DNA from: Camelus ferus | Lineage: Eukaryota | Length of the DNA stretch: 64,000 nucleotides | Reading direction: 5' to 3' | NCBI RefSeq assembly: GCF_009834535.1 | Contig: NC_045697.1 | Coordinates: 65,040,001-65,104,000, forward strand | In this document: positions 39,228 through 53,082 of the stretch, piece by piece | Layout: each line of letters starts with the position of its first letter | How positions within the stretch are numbered: the first letter of the stretch is position 1 | Made by a program: the position numbers and the translations under genes | Notes under the pieces: model-generated | What the model was told of the DNA's origin: nothing | The model's database searches: none | Seen by the model: the letters and a program-made list of their open reading frames with translations, nothing else

Positions 39228-39453
39228 GGATTGAATTTTTCAGCAGAATTTTTTGTGATGTTGGAAATGTTCAAATAGAATAGTGTGCTGTCCAACATGG
39301 TAGTCACAAGCCATATATAGTTACTGAACACTTGAAATGTGGCTCCTGTAATTCAAGAAATGAATTTTTCTTGTATTTATTTTTAACTTAATGTATTAGT
39401 ATAAGTTTATATAGACAGATGAAGTTAGTGGCTACACTGTTGCACAATACAGA
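39228..39453. mobile_element. MER3 hAT-Charlie MITE
   Basis: agaattttttgtgatgttggaaatgttc ... tgtgctgtccaacatggtagtcacaagccatat ... gaacacttgaaatgtggct ... tagtggctacactgttgcacaatacag. Confidence 0.85.
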
Positions 39454-40377
39454 TGTAGAACTATTCTTTTAAATTTGATTTGATCGTTTAATACCTCAAG
39501 TTTGTAATTTATGTAGCTGTTGCATGGTTTCACAGCTTAGGCAATCAGAATTTTTCCCCAGTGTTTGCAATAGAGATTTCTGATAAACTGTGAGCCAGTC
39601 TTTTTAAATGATAAATTATTAATGAACATATTACTTTGACTATCTACCTAGCTCTATAACTAAATTTTAGTATTTGTGTTACTTTAGTAAAATCATAAAT
39701 CCTAATTCTTAGTTTTCTCAATTTTAATGGTTAGGAAAGGTGGATAACAGTTTTAAAAAGATAATTCATCTACTAGTCTTAAAATGACTGGTGAATAGTA
39801 TGTGTTCAGTATGTGTTAGCTACTTTTAATCAAAGCAAATATTACAGAAAACTAAGCATAAGCCCTATTCTGAACAAAGAAAAATGTATTAATGGCAATT
39901 TGATTATACTTAGGGTTTGGCAATACATAGAGCTGGAGCTTCCCTTGAACCAGGATTAATTAAGAACAAATCCATTCCTAGTGTTCTTGCTATGCTTTGA
40001 TGTTTGTGCTCTTGGCAGACCTTTTACTATTTGATTCATCCTTAAACTGATTTTTAAGCCTTCCCAAGAATTCTACCATTTCTGAGTTGAGCTCAGGGCC
40101 AGGGGAAAAGCTGAGTTTTAGCCACCTTCCTTGAAACAGCCTTTCATGCCTCTCAGAATCACACTTAAATCTTCCTTAACTCTGGGTGGCTTAATAAAGC
40201 TCTCTTGGTCTGTGTGTTTTTTTGTTTCTAAATTACATAGAAACTTGCTGCTTCCAACCTCAAAAAAGAAATTTCTGGGACTTTAAATCTCCCCCCTCCC
40301 CAGACAGAATTCTCTGGCATTTTCATTTGTCTTCTTTATGACTTAGATTAACCTTAATTTTATAGCTTTACTAGTTA

Positions 40378-40532
40378 AAAAGTGTTGGTCTTGAACTAGC
40401 AGCATACCTTCCCCTTGGAGCTTGTTAGAAGTGCACATTGTCCAGCCCCACACAGCAGATCTACTCAATCAGAATCTGTATGTTATGATTCCTAGGTATT
40501 TCTCCCATAGGTACATAAAGTTGAAGTATTCT
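40378..40532. mobile_element. MER5A hAT-Charlie MITE
   Basis: agcagcatacc...ggagcttgttagaagtgcaca...gccccac...ctactcaatcagaatctg. Confidence 0.8.
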
Positions 40533-43387
40533 TTCATAGCATACTTTTGTTTGCTTTGAAAGAACAGAGAGATGTTTTATTAATTTAACTTACCTTTATA
40601 CCACTTCCTTCATTGAGTCAAACTTCATTATTCTCAACTGCCCCATTTTTCCATATATATTCTCTATATTTACCTTAATTCAAGCAAGAAGCATAGGAGA
40701 AAGGGTGGATTATATTTTCTTTTGTTGGAATCCTAACCCTCTTACATTTGTTAAATAAAGTAAAATAGTTCAATTAAAAAGACATACAAAGAAGGCATTT
40801 ATATTCTATTAGATCAATATTCTATTCTGTTTTTTTTTAGCCATCTTCATTGGTACAAATCTTGTATAATGCAACCTAAATACCTCATGTTACAGCTTAA
40901 GCCTTTTTTGTCTTAACGCTACCTTTAGTGGACCAATGGGAATAATTGAACAACAAAAACCTTTTAGTCAAAATCTGGTTTAAAGAAAAGAAAAGCCTTT
41001 TTCCCAGTATTTCTCATTTTGACTTATCTACTTAAAAGACAGTTGCTATCATAGTTTAGCAATTGTTTTATTTAACAATAAATTTTAAGAATTAATGAAT
41101 AAAACAGTAGATAAATAATAAAATGTACATCTATTTTTCCACTTAGATTAATGTCCTATGCCTCCATAATATCATTTTTGCCTTGATTTGTAATTGCTTT
41201 TTGCATTAGTTGTTGATCTTTTTTTGTATTTCAAATGTCTGAAATAAATCTCTCAAAATGCAGCATGTAGCAAGATACACATTATATTTAAATCTGTTAA
41301 TAATGATGATGATTTTATTTGTTGTTTTTGATTTAGTGTTTTGGTTTAGTTTTGTTAAAAATGGCTTGCTGAATAGACCTTAAGTCTCAGATTGAGAAAA
41401 TTTTTATTATTTGATCTAGAATTTTATGTTAAAAGCCAGTTAAGAGTAAGGGAAATGAGAAAGCAAAGCAAAGAGTAGAGGGACAAAACTACTATTATAT
41501 TTTTCTTTGTTATTGTGATAATCATCAAAGGAACATTCTAAGCATTGTTTAATTTTATTTATAAGTTAGCTTCTAGTAAGCTTAAATGCGTTATATTCTA
41601 ATAAACTAAATATATTTAGCAATTGACCATTGGTTAGTCAATTTAATGTAACTCAATATGCTTTAGTTTAACTCCTGAAGCAACAGACTTTTGTCCTACA
41701 TGATGGACTCAGAAAACAAAGTATCACATAATGAATTTAATTTTGAGAAATAGTATACATAACACTGGGTATATGAAGGTAACTTTGCATTGATCATATT
41801 GAGTTAATGCAAGTCCTCAGAGAAGGTGTTTCTTAGCCCATTCCATCTGATTTTGTGGAATTGGTTCTGAGTCCTGGCATCCAATAGGTGGTCACCAGAT
41901 AGGGTAACTCATATGTAACAGCAGGAAGTATCATGGGATTCATGGGCCATTATACAGGATGAGGATGATCCAGGAGCTAAAGTTTCTTAGATATAGTCCC
42001 AATTTAAAATTTTGTTAATTTTTTTTATTATCATTTATTCATTACAGATAAGTACTAGTGGCTTTTTGCATATAAAATTATTCAGTTTAATTACATTGAG
42101 TGAATTATATTAGCGAGTGTTTTAATAACAATTGATGTATTCATATTGCAAATATCCACTGAGTACATGCTATGAGAAACTTGTGCTAATTGCTAAAATG
42201 CAAAGGTAAAACTTAAAGGAAAAATTAAAATAGAAGTTCAAATTAAAGTAAAAAAAAATTAAAGCTCATGTTATTGCATGAACTACACTAAAGCAATCAA
42301 ATGTAAGCAATGGTCAATAGCTAAATACATCTTTTAGTAATGCAAAAGACATTCAAGGGCAAGATAGAGTTTTATTAGAAAATATTAGCATTAAAATGTG
42401 ACTATTGCAAACAAAAACAGTAATAAGAGAAGTAACATAATTAGCACATTTTGCTAGCATTAAAATAAATTGTGTAATATCTTTTTCAAAGTAGTTTGAT
42501 ATAGATTAATTCTTCAAGAGAATAATGAAATGCAATGTATACAATTTCTACTTTCTGTTAGCAATTTAAAGATCAACAAATCTCAGCCAAATACTTTCAA
42601 GTTTGTAAATAGAGACACATTTCTTTTAGTGTGTTGACAGAGTTCTGGGATTGTCTTAATCCTGCGGTGGCTACGTGCAATTCATTTTTAATTTGTCATG
42701 CAGCTTTGGAGCCATCCTTGTGTCTTCCTAGAGGTTTTTCAATATAATTAGTGACACCATGAATAGAAACTGTCATTAAATTGATATGTGTAATAAACAT
42801 GTATTTTAGGTAATTAAAATATAAATTCATAAGAATTGATTATTTACTTTTCTTGAAAATTGATGATTATTCTCGTTTTAGTATATTTGGGAGACTTAAT
42901 TACGTATTATTTTTCAAAATAGAGCTTGATAAGATTGATCTGGCCTAAATTATCCTTAAAATAGTTGTTTATTTTTTTAATTTAAATAAGTATTATCATA
43001 ATCTAGTAATTTATATAAGGCTTTAGGGAAAACTTTACTAGGTAAATTAAATAAAATTATCATAAAACCAAAGAATAATCATGTAATGAAAAATAGTTAC
43101 TTTTGGTTTTCTTTAGAAAAATAACAAACCCAATTTTATATCAGTGTTTAGTATAGAAGGAGCTTACCCCAATATAATATATATAGACCATGTTTTCACA
43201 TATGTAAAAGTTATAACTATTCCATTATAAACACCTATCAAATGTGAAATCACTTTTTTAAATAATTGGAGAAAAGGCAACTCTAATGTATATCTTCTAA
43301 AATATTTCTTACAGGTACTAGAACCCCTGATTATTATGGCTTTAATTTTAAATTTTAATTTAAAATATTAAAACTTTAATTTTAAAA

Positions 43388-43498
43388 AATGTAACCAATT
43401 GTCCCAGTTTGCCCAACACTGTCAGTTTTAGGACTGAAATTCTTGCACTCTGGGAAACTCTTCCAGTCCCAGGGAAACCAGGATGGTTGGTCATGGTA
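43388..43498. mobile_element. MER81 hAT-Blackjack MITE
   Basis: gtaaccaattgtcccagtttgccc ... gttttaggactgaaa ... cagtcccagggaaaccaggatggttggtca; decayed terminal inverted repeats visible. Confidence 0.8.
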
Positions 43499-43629
43499 AT
43501 GTAACATTTCTATTGTTTTTATTACCTTAATATTTTAATATTTTTAAAGTAAAAATATGTCCTATACAGGAATCCAGAACACATTGAAACTTATATAGTG
43601 ACAGCTTTAATACTAATCACAAATACCTT

Positions 43630-44500
43630 CATCTTTTAATATCCATTATTCGAGCACCTATATTTTAAAGCATTATTTCCTACATTTAAAAGATCAATAG
43701 ATCATGCTCTCTGTTTGTAAGGAACTCATGCATAGCCTCATCAAAGAGCCAAGTATGTGAGATAATAAAGTATAATTATACAAACTGATAATTATTAAAA
43801 TAAAAGAAAGAGCAAAGGCTTTGAACATATAAAAGACTTAGACACTCATTCTGCCTGAGAAGAATTAAAGAAGTACTCAGAGAATATGTGTTAATTAGAA
43901 GGAATAGGAGTTTACAAGGAAGAGGAAAGGAGGAAGGGATATCTGGGCTTAAAGATGTGAAAGAATGGGCCATGCTCAGGGTGTAGTGAGAAATTTAGGG
44001 CCATTATAACATGGGATGGATAAGTCAGAAATAATCATTTTGGTTTTATCAGACAGGGCACTGATGGCTAAATTTCAGCAGATAGGATTTATTCTGTGTC
44101 CTCTGATTTAGGAAGAATGTATGCCCAGGAATTCATCAAAATCACCTGGGAAGATTTTTAAATTATGGAAGCCTGCACCACCTTCAGCTCCATTCCCCCA
44201 TAATCTGCTAAGCAAGTGTGAGGGGCCAGTAATTTGTAATCATATATTTGTAATTTTCTTCACATGATTATGATTCCAATAGAGATCGAGAACTATCAGA
44301 TTTGCCCAAAAAGAGCCATCAGTGAAAATCAAGTTGAATTACATGATTTTATTTAAATCCTTAAAAATAATTCTGAAAGTTTTGTGTAGAATCAATAGGC
44401 AACCAAGATTTCTTTGAAGGATATGAGTGAGAGGTAACGGACTGTGCTAAGGTTTAGTCAGGGTACAAAGGGGTGATATTATAGGAGAAATTTCAAAAGT
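43630..44500 (-). mobile_element. L2 fragments interrupted by a MER5-type MITE
   Basis: ttattcgagcacctatatt ... aaggaactcatg ... tctgggcttaaagatg; L2-like sequence resumes after about 44300. Confidence 0.6.
44110..44300. mobile_element. MER5-type hAT MITE nested in L2
   Basis: catcaaaatcacctgggaagattttttaaa ... gtgtgaggggccagtaatttgta ... gagaactatcag. Confidence 0.65.
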
Positions 44501-46261
44501 GAGGGACAGTCTGCTCTGTCAGATGCTTAGAATGTGTGTTTTGTGAATACCTGTTCATTTTATACCAGTTTCTAATATAGTCAATACAGTACCAACAGAG
44601 TATAAACACTGCCTCTGGAAAATTAATCTATAATAGGCCAAATGATGACAGGCAGTTCTTTCTCTTGTATTTTCCTTTAAATGTAAGTTTATTTTTATTT
44701 CATTATTGTACTTAATCATTCACTTAACAAATAACTTTTGAACGTGTACAATATGCTAAATAGTGCTAACTAGATGCAGTATCCACTTGTAATAAAAATG
44801 GTATATTTTTTAAAGGTATGTTCATTAAATTGTCCTCCTTTTCCTCATTATTAAGAAGTTAAAAAGACGTTTGTAAACTGGTACCACTTTTCTGGAGGAC
44901 AGCTTAGCTGTAGGTATCAAAAATATTTAACGTTTTAACATATATGGTTATTTATTTCTGCAAGTAGTTAGGTAGTATTGCTATGGATGCTAGAGTAGTA
45001 TTCTTACCTTGTGTATTTTGTATTCTTAGATAACCACTATAAAGCAAATGCTGTCGCAACATTAAATGTATATCTCTTTTCCAGTACAACAAATTTATAC
45101 ATGTATTCTTGGATTGCAAAATAACTGCTGATATGTCATGGGGAAATATATTGTGCAAATAATATGTTCCATCTAAACTTCCTTTTTCAAACTGACTACC
45201 TTAATATGAAACTGTTATCTCTAAATCAGATAACCTTAGTCAATAAATAGAGGCCTGATTTTATAAATATTGGCAAATAAATATCTTTTTTACAAAAACT
45301 GTTCTTTCTAGTTTATGTGCATTTAGTATAAAAATGCACAGAAGCAATAAACCACCTGTGGCATTACTTCTTAGGGATTATGACATATTAAAAATAACCG
45401 TTAGGTTTACACGGGCTTCCTATTATTCCTATTTATGAATGCATACTAATTAAAATATAAAGATACCTAGTTTTATCAACATGTTACTTGTCCATGTTTT
45501 ATGTTAGTAAAATGGTTATAATAAACTTGTATCATAAATCTTGGGGGACAGTATTTTTTTCATGTTTTTATGCACTTTACCATATCACTGCTAAAAGTAA
45601 AACAGTTTCCTGAAGAAGTTTCATTTAGTGTATTGAGGATATTCTATTTTAGGCTCCTTAACTTTTTTCACAGTGAAATCCGAAATCATTTTACATTTCT
45701 AAAAGGATACATAGCTTTAAGTTCATAAAAGAGAAGAGTGTAGTACACATGGTGTTCATCTGTTCAGCAGCAAAAAGGTCAAGAAGCTAAATGAATATGC
45801 CCTCAAGTCTACAAGTGAAAAATAGACCTTGTAAGCAAGAGAGACACTAAGGTATTAAATTTGAAACAGGTAGCGTTTCAGAACCTCAGCTGCAACACGC
45901 CATTTGTAAAATGCATTTCCCATATGGTATATTGGCAATTTTTATGCATTTTAGTTACATAGGTAGTAGATTGATAAGTACAGAAAGAATGTATATCATT
46001 TTAAATGGACCTTATTCTAGAAAAATAAAAATGAAATATTATTATAGTTGTTAGCAGTTATAAAGAAACAAAAAACATTTATGACAATAGAGGAAACCAA
46101 ATAATCCTTGAACATGAAAAGCTTTAATATAATTTCTGATTTTTAAAAATTGATAGTTTCATTGAGTGGTGTTTAAATTTGACAATATTATTTCTTTAAT
46201 TATAAAAACATTGTATCATAGGGGCAGGGAGTGCAAACTCCTTTAGAATTACAAATATAGA

Positions 46262-46424
46262 AATACAGTTTCTTAAACTTTGAAAAGCAATGAATCCTTC
46301 CTCCAAAAAACTGTACATACTCACATTTCACAGAAAAATTAGCAGTTTAGGGAGAATCTTAAACTAGTTTTACCTACCCACAATACCTGTAGCTATTTTT
46401 GAAGCCTAGAATAGAAACTCCTGT
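46262..46424. mobile_element. Possible old hAT MITE remnant (MER103-like)
   Basis: cagtttcttaaactttga ... ccttcctccaaaaaactgtacatactcaca ... aaactcctg. Confidence 0.35.
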
Positions 46425-46837
46425 GGAAGTATAGATTTGTTTTATTTCTTCATCTATGAATAAAATGTTGATTCTAACGTTGATTCATTGAAGACGATGA
46501 CTTTGTAGCTTAAGACTATATACTGAGAGTGATAATTATCAATATTAATAAAGTATATGAAAATTGCATCCTAATGTTAAAATTTCTATTAATTTCTTCA
46601 ATTGTGACACAGGAAAAAAATCATACTTCACTTGAATATATATGAAAATATTTTGTTACGTTTTATTAAAATCGAGTTTGAAGCAAATCTTAGACTACTT
46701 GTCCCATCATTTTGGTTCTATGAAAAGAATCATATGAAAAATAACTTGGAAATTAGACCTGCCTGTTAAAAAGCGGGAAATAATAAAATATGGCAATTAG
46801 GAGGCTTGTGTTTTAGTGCTACCCTGGGCTCCTCTTT

Positions 46838-46870
46838 TATTATTATTATTATCATCATCATTATTATTAC
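46838..46870. repeat. (TAT)n/(CAT)n trinucleotide microsatellite
   Basis: Seen directly. Confidence 0.85.
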
Positions 46871-48129
46871 CACCTTTTTTGGCCTTGTAACAGCTCACAT
46901 TTTCCAACTCAATATATTCACCCAAATGGTACACACATCTAGAAGACAATAGTAAATGCAATTTTTGTCTAAACTCCCTTCTCTTTTATTTCACTTTCAT
47001 CTTTCAAGGGACTTCATGAACTCATACTGGAATCCACCCATCCTCATCAATGTTCTTTTTCTCTGGGCTTAAGTTATGTAGCTTGCTATTATTTCATGTG
47101 CGTCCTTAGAAAAATGCAACACTTGGATACAAGAATTGTGTTTCATTGTGGCTTTTAACAAAGTTTTGGATTCACAGTATGTATTTAGCCAGTGATGAAT
47201 AATCTGATTGAGTGAGCTAATTCTCTGAATTAAAAAAGAAGGCAAAAACAATAATTGTTTCATTAAAATGTTACTCCATATCCCAAAGACTAGAGAATAA
47301 AATGAATTAACTCAAATTCTGTAAAAGGAAATTTCTCCCCCTTCAGAAAAATAAACACCACCATTTAGCCACACTTTCATTAGAAATTGATGGTGTTTTC
47401 TGCTTATGAATGAAGGATTATTTTTTAAAAATTGTCACTAGCAAGTCCACTCATCATCCATGTCATACTAAACTTGAACAGTATTTTATAAGTAGAAAAG
47501 GTTTGATCCAAAATATATTATAGTTAATATTATACATACAGATTAACTTAATTTTTCAAATACAGTGAGTAAATATTCACAAATATATCTCTGGATTCTG
47601 TTAGAATCTGAATATGTGTTGGATTTTCTTTCCACTGTGTATTAAATAATGTAATTCTGGATATTTGATAATATTTAATATGTCCTTACAAAGTTAAAAA
47701 TGTCAACATTATTTTTCCCCTATATTAAAGAGTCATGAGTTAGAATAGATTATATGTGGACATTTTTACTAAATAGATTATTGGGCACAAACATGGTAAT
47801 GACTTCCCTTGCTGTGTGCAGAATTTGTAAAAGTGTATTGTCTTTATCTTAATAATGACTTATACCATGTCTTTATCTTAACACTTGGGAAGTAAACATA
47901 TTTCTGTATTCTTCAAATAGCACTTCTCTAATCTTTGGAAATATGATTTATCATTTTATTCTCAATTGATGATTTTGAAGCTTAAAAATTATCTTTGTCT
48001 CTGCGTTTCTAGAGAATATGACAATTTTTTGGCTCCTTTAATGCAAAATTGACTGCTTTACCCTGGCTGGCTATTTAAAAATCAAATATACTTTTCATAG
48101 AAACATTACAAGGATATTCTCAGAAACCT

Positions 48130-48570
48130 GCTATGCAAAAGCCAAAATCTAATAACATAAGAGTGCATCAACAGGAGAATAAATATATTACTTGTATCAT
48201 ATTAGTAGAGTAGAATACCACAAATCAATGAAAATGAATCATGACTACAAAAATATGGATGAATCTCACAAACATATGATAAGCGAAAGAAGTCTGATGC
48301 CAAACGATGCGTAGTTTATGATTCCATTTGAGAAATAACTTAAATGGCAAATTAATCTGTGGTATTAGACATCAGAATAGTGGTTACTCTGGGAAGAATA
48401 TAATGAGTGGAAGGGGATACAAAGGATTGGATCTGGAATGGTAGTAATGTTTTTTTGATCTAGGTTTTGCTTATGTAGGTAATTATTTTTTGTAAATATA
48501 TAAGTTTACAATATGAATTTTGTCCTTTTTGGTATGTATATAATACTTTCTTTAAAAGTTTTCTTAAAAA
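48130..48570 (+). mobile_element. L1ME-type 3' end
   Basis: atatggatgaatctcacaaacatatgataagcgaaagaag ... tatgattccattt ... attagacatcagaatagtggttactctggg. Confidence 0.85.
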
Positions 48571-50199
48571 GCAATATGTCACCATTTTTGCTCTGTGTAT
48601 CATTTAAGCCTAATATACATGTGATAGTATCATGTAATTACTGTGTATTAATCTTTATGTATGTTAAGTTAAATTTATATATTTTTATCTACTTTTATAT
48701 TCTCCAATGGAACACTCTCAATGTATAATGATTGTCTTTGCCCCTTTTAAAGAATGAAAAAATTGAGAATTAGATATATTTAATATATCATGATATTATA
48801 GGATAGCTTATCAATGATGTTTATAAGTTTTGGTCTCTCTTTGTTACTGAAGAACCAATAGGCTTATTCTGATAGTTGAATATATGTTTTCAATAACAAA
48901 TCTATTTTCAGGAAATCCTTTAAATGGATGTCCCATCCAGAATTTTTTAAATACAGCTTTTCTTGTTGCTATTTTTTGAAGTTGCAAAACAGTCAGCATC
49001 AGATTTTTTAAAATAAAGATGAAAATTCAAATAATTTCTGCTACTACCACATTTTGTTAAGAACTCAAGAAAAAGATCACTGCTTTTTTCCTTATAAATA
49101 ATTTAGAATACTGATTTCTCTTCTGTAAATTTTTTCTGTTATAAAAGCCAATAAAAGTGGTAAAATATATTAGGAAAAATACCCCAAGACATAGTTGGAG
49201 AGTTAAATACATAATACCTACTACTTTGGCAATATAAAAATAGTGGATGATCTGTAATTATGGGTAGCCACTTGGATATTTACCAGTTAAGCAGTTAATG
49301 AGCCCTTCTGCTATAGCACTAAGGAGACTATTACACTAAAATGAACTTATCAAATCCACTAGAATGACAACATGCTGATTTTACTGTGGATGTAGGAGAA
49401 ATTGTGACAATTTCTAAAATCTAAGATGTGTGTGTTGAAGGGAAAGTACCTCACTTTTTCAGATATTTAAAAAATTCATCTTCCAAAACACTGCCACATG
49501 GACAAGCCTTAGAGCAGTAGATTTTGAAGATGGGTATGTCCACGCCACACTATTGCATGAAGTTACACTTCCCTAGCTACACTCGTTGCATTGCAGCCCT
49601 GAGGGGGAAAAAATCCAGCATGACAAAGTGTGCCATCTCTCTAAAACATGCATCTCTGAGATTCTGAAGAATTTAAGACATTCTTCATCTACCCTCCTTC
49701 CTAGTCTTTCTTTTAACACTGATTAAAATACTTCGCATGGCTTATTACAACACATTTTTGCCTGTATTATTACAGCTCTGAAATAAGATCTTCTGTTGTG
49801 GCTTCATCATATTAATGTGAAAGCTTCTTACTGAAGCTGGCATTCCATGTTCTGTGTTGTTCCTGAGCTGCTTTATTGATTTCCTTTTTCCTGTGCCTTA
49901 GATAGATCATGTAGAACAGCCTTCTCCCAAATTTAAAGAGCTCTTTCTTTTAGGCAGGAGTCTTTCCACACTTTCAGCATATGACTTTAGTTTACCAAGG
50001 ATGTAGAATTAATTACCAAGGGTGCAGAGTAAACGATAAACACAATTGTCTCTATTCAAATTAGATTAAAGTTTGCTACCCATTGCTGAAGTGTTGTCAG
50101 TAGAATTCATCCCCACATAAAGAAATGCCCTCAAAATTTAAAAGTTACTTTGAATAAAATTTGATTCATTGTTTAATCTAGGCACAGGATTCATATTCC

Positions 50200-50320
50200 C
50201 TGTCCCTCTTTCTCTGCATCTCCTTTGCCTGTTGCTCTCCTCCTATCTCTCTCACTTATCTCTCCGTCTCTGTCTCTATTACTGTTTCTGTCTTCATTTC
50301 TCTGTTTCTCTGTATTGTCA
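50200..50320. repeat. CT-rich low-complexity tract
   Basis: Seen directly. Confidence 0.7.
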
Positions 50321-52071
50321 CACTCTGACCAGGGAACTTAAAAAAAATAAACTGCCGAGATTTCTGTGTCAAGGTTAAAGAGACTCGCTTTAGAAATTAG
50401 AGGTGTCATTCATGTTGAAAAACTTTATAAGAGATCTCTGGAGGCATGCACCAATGTATTAGCTTAGTACATGGAAAAATAAATTGAAAAAGAAAAGCCC
50501 TGAAGTAATGAGGCCTCACTATATCTTCAAAGCAACTTCCATCTTTAAAAGAAAAGAATTTCCTCTATCCACAAACAAATAGAAGGTAAAAACTAGGTGT
50601 GTAACAATATATTACCTTCTTTATGATATCGCCACATAAAATGTGCAATCCAAACTAGATCAAATGACTTTAAAAAATAACATTTATTTGGATAAATTCT
50701 TTGCAAATAATATATAGCTTTGTTTTTGTTTGTTTTGTTTTGTGGCTGGCAAGTAGGTACAGATTAACAAACCACTGTAAACTAACTTGAAATTCCTATC
50801 TATGCATCCACTTGAAATACACTCAAACTTATATTTGCTAGTAACATATTAGAAATGAGTTTTTTTGTTGTTTTGTTTTTTTTTTTTACTTCAGTTTGGA
50901 AAGTTCTGCTTTCTGTTTTGACTGATTTCTTTTCACACCACTCCAAGGACACCTTCAAATTTTCATTTGAATTATGACATTGTTTTTACTTCATTAATTT
51001 CACTAACACAGGTTCAAAGCGTCAAAAGTCAGTTTTATGTATAATATAAGCTATCAAAACCGCCCATCATTTGTGTGTCTTTATAACATCACTGTAAATA
51101 GTCTAGACATTTTTCTTGCTACAAAATTAGAGCTGCAACAATAACTGTTGTCTGAGAGTGTGTTTAATTATGAACAAGGAAGATAACAAAACAAGATTTA
51201 ATATTTCAGATTGTTATGGTGATATTAAAAGACTTTACTTTATTGAGTGACATTTCTAAAACAATTTTCAATGATGTAGATTCACTGTGCCCCTCGGGTA
51301 TTTTGGTGCAAATAAATTAGAAGTGATTGATGTTCCCACTAAACAAAGTAACTATAAAGAAAATGCACTGATTTTTTTTCTCTTTTAGTGAATATTTTGA
51401 AGAAGGTTAATTTCTGGCTAGAAATACAGATATTCCACAACTACCTAGATGTTAAGTAACATGTTTTTTACCTACGAAAGCTACTGTTTCTTAGTGCTGA
51501 TCTGTCTGTCATATGTGAATCAGGACCTAGAATAAAAGATGACTCTACTGACAAGAGAGAATGATTAGTAGTAGTTCATCGTGGCAGTTACTTGTTGCTG
51601 TAAGAGGTTACACATATTCCTTGATTTCTAATGATTTCTAAACAGGGCCTATAGATTTATAATGTAACAAATCACATTTCCAAGAATATCCAATATAAGC
51701 ACTGAAAATACTCTGCTAAAGAAAGTAGTAAATGGATACTTATCAAATTGCAAGGCTTTTTCTACAATACAGTTGTTTACATGATGAATTTTAATGCTTT
51801 GGTATTGTAATTGTATCCCACCCCCCTAAAAAAATCAAATACCTACCTAATAGGATATTTGAAATAATAAAATAAGATAATGCATGTAAAGGCATCCTAC
51901 TCATTTCACTTGGAAATAAATCAGCACAACTCAAGTCGATTAGAGTCATGTTCAGGAACCACCCTATCTATGCCTTACATTAAGGCAAGCGTTTTCTATA
52001 GTTCAAGAGAAGCTTCGTATCAAAAGAGAAATTCAAAGAGTACTATGTCTATCCTCGTTGTTTGGGAATCC

Positions 52072-52809
52072 TGTCAAGAATTGTGAAGAGTCTGAGGTTT
52101 TATCCTACTTGCTAACTTACAGCTTCTGCCAGTTTCATGGATGCTGGCAGAAGATATGAGACTCCTGGGAGAGAGACAAAGCATGCTATCATTCAAGGAA
52201 TCATAGCCAGAGTATAAGCATTTTCTTGTGTTACTTCCCAAGCTCTGATTCCCACAGGGTGGCACACACACAGTCAGGTGATACCTGTACACAACTGGGT
52301 TGCATTTCAGGGCAGGAACCTTGACCATAAAGACAATAAATTTCTTACAATAGTCAGGAGACATGCCTGCCCTTAAGCCTGAAGAGAGACATTATCTCTG
52401 AATAATAAGCATGCCTGCCCTTTGCTCCAAAGGGAGAAAGTGTTTCTATCTTCTAATGTTGTTTGTTATACATTTGAAAAGTAATTTCAGAAAGAAAAGG
52501 GCAATGGTTGCTTTGCTTATAAGACAAGCGGAAGGGGGAATGGTATAGCTTAGTAGTAGAGTGCATGTTTAGTATGCATGAGGTCCTGGGTTTGACCTCC
52601 ATTAAAGGTAAATAAATAAACCTAATCCCCCCCCCCCCCAAAAGGGCATATCCTTCATTTTAAGAAAAGGTAAAAAAAAAAAAGAACAAACATTAATTCA
52701 GAGTTTAGCATGCATGAGGTCCTGTGTTCAATCCCCAGAACCTCCATTAAAAAAAAAAAAAAAAAAGCCAAGCAGAAATGTGAGACCCACAGAGCATTGT
52801 TTCTTAGCA
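52072..52809 (-). mobile_element. MER68/MER77-group LTR, split by a SINE insertion
   Basis: TG...CA termini; tgtcaagaattgtgaagagtctgaggttttatcctacttgc ... tttcatggatgctggcagaagatatgagactcctggg ... cctgccctttgctccaaagggaga ... gcagaaatgtgagacccacagag. Confidence 0.75.
52534..52764 (+). mobile_element. Composite of two camelid-type tRNA SINE units (near full-length plus 5'-truncated)
   Basis: Unit 1 gggggaatggtatagcttagtagtagagtgcatgtttagtatgcatgaggtcctgggtt; unit 2 (about 52700) gtttagcatgcatgaggtcctgtgttcaatccccagaacctccatt plus poly-A. TSD aagacaagcggaa / aagccaagcagaa. Confidence 0.88.
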
Positions 52810-53032
52810 GAACCAATGCAAGTGCAGCTTGAAGATCACCTATTTTACTAGCCCCATCAATTCAAACCAACTAGAGCTACTTAGGCCAATCACTTTAGCA
52901 AAATGGAACTAAAAATGGCAATTTACCTAAGAATTATTAAAAAAAAAAAAAGGTTTGAATTATATGCATGAATCAGTACAATTATATAATCTTTGATTTA
53001 GAAAATTTTAAGTCAGTTTTTGATGTTTATAG

Positions 53033-53082
53033 GTGAATTTTTAAGAGAATGTGGTCAACTCAGAAATAATCTGAGAGATCTG
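53033..53082 (+). other. Candidate 50-nt internal exon of an unidentified transcript
   Basis: Acceptor gtttttgatgtttatag and consensus donor CTG|gtaagt; one open frame (phase 1 in, phase 0 out) reads xEFLRECGQLRNNLRDL. No partner exons or protein recognised. Confidence 0.3.

Noticed and set aside
41880..41897. CTCF-like motif ccaataggtggtca
   Set aside because: Mismatches at core positions; not supportable without ChIP data.
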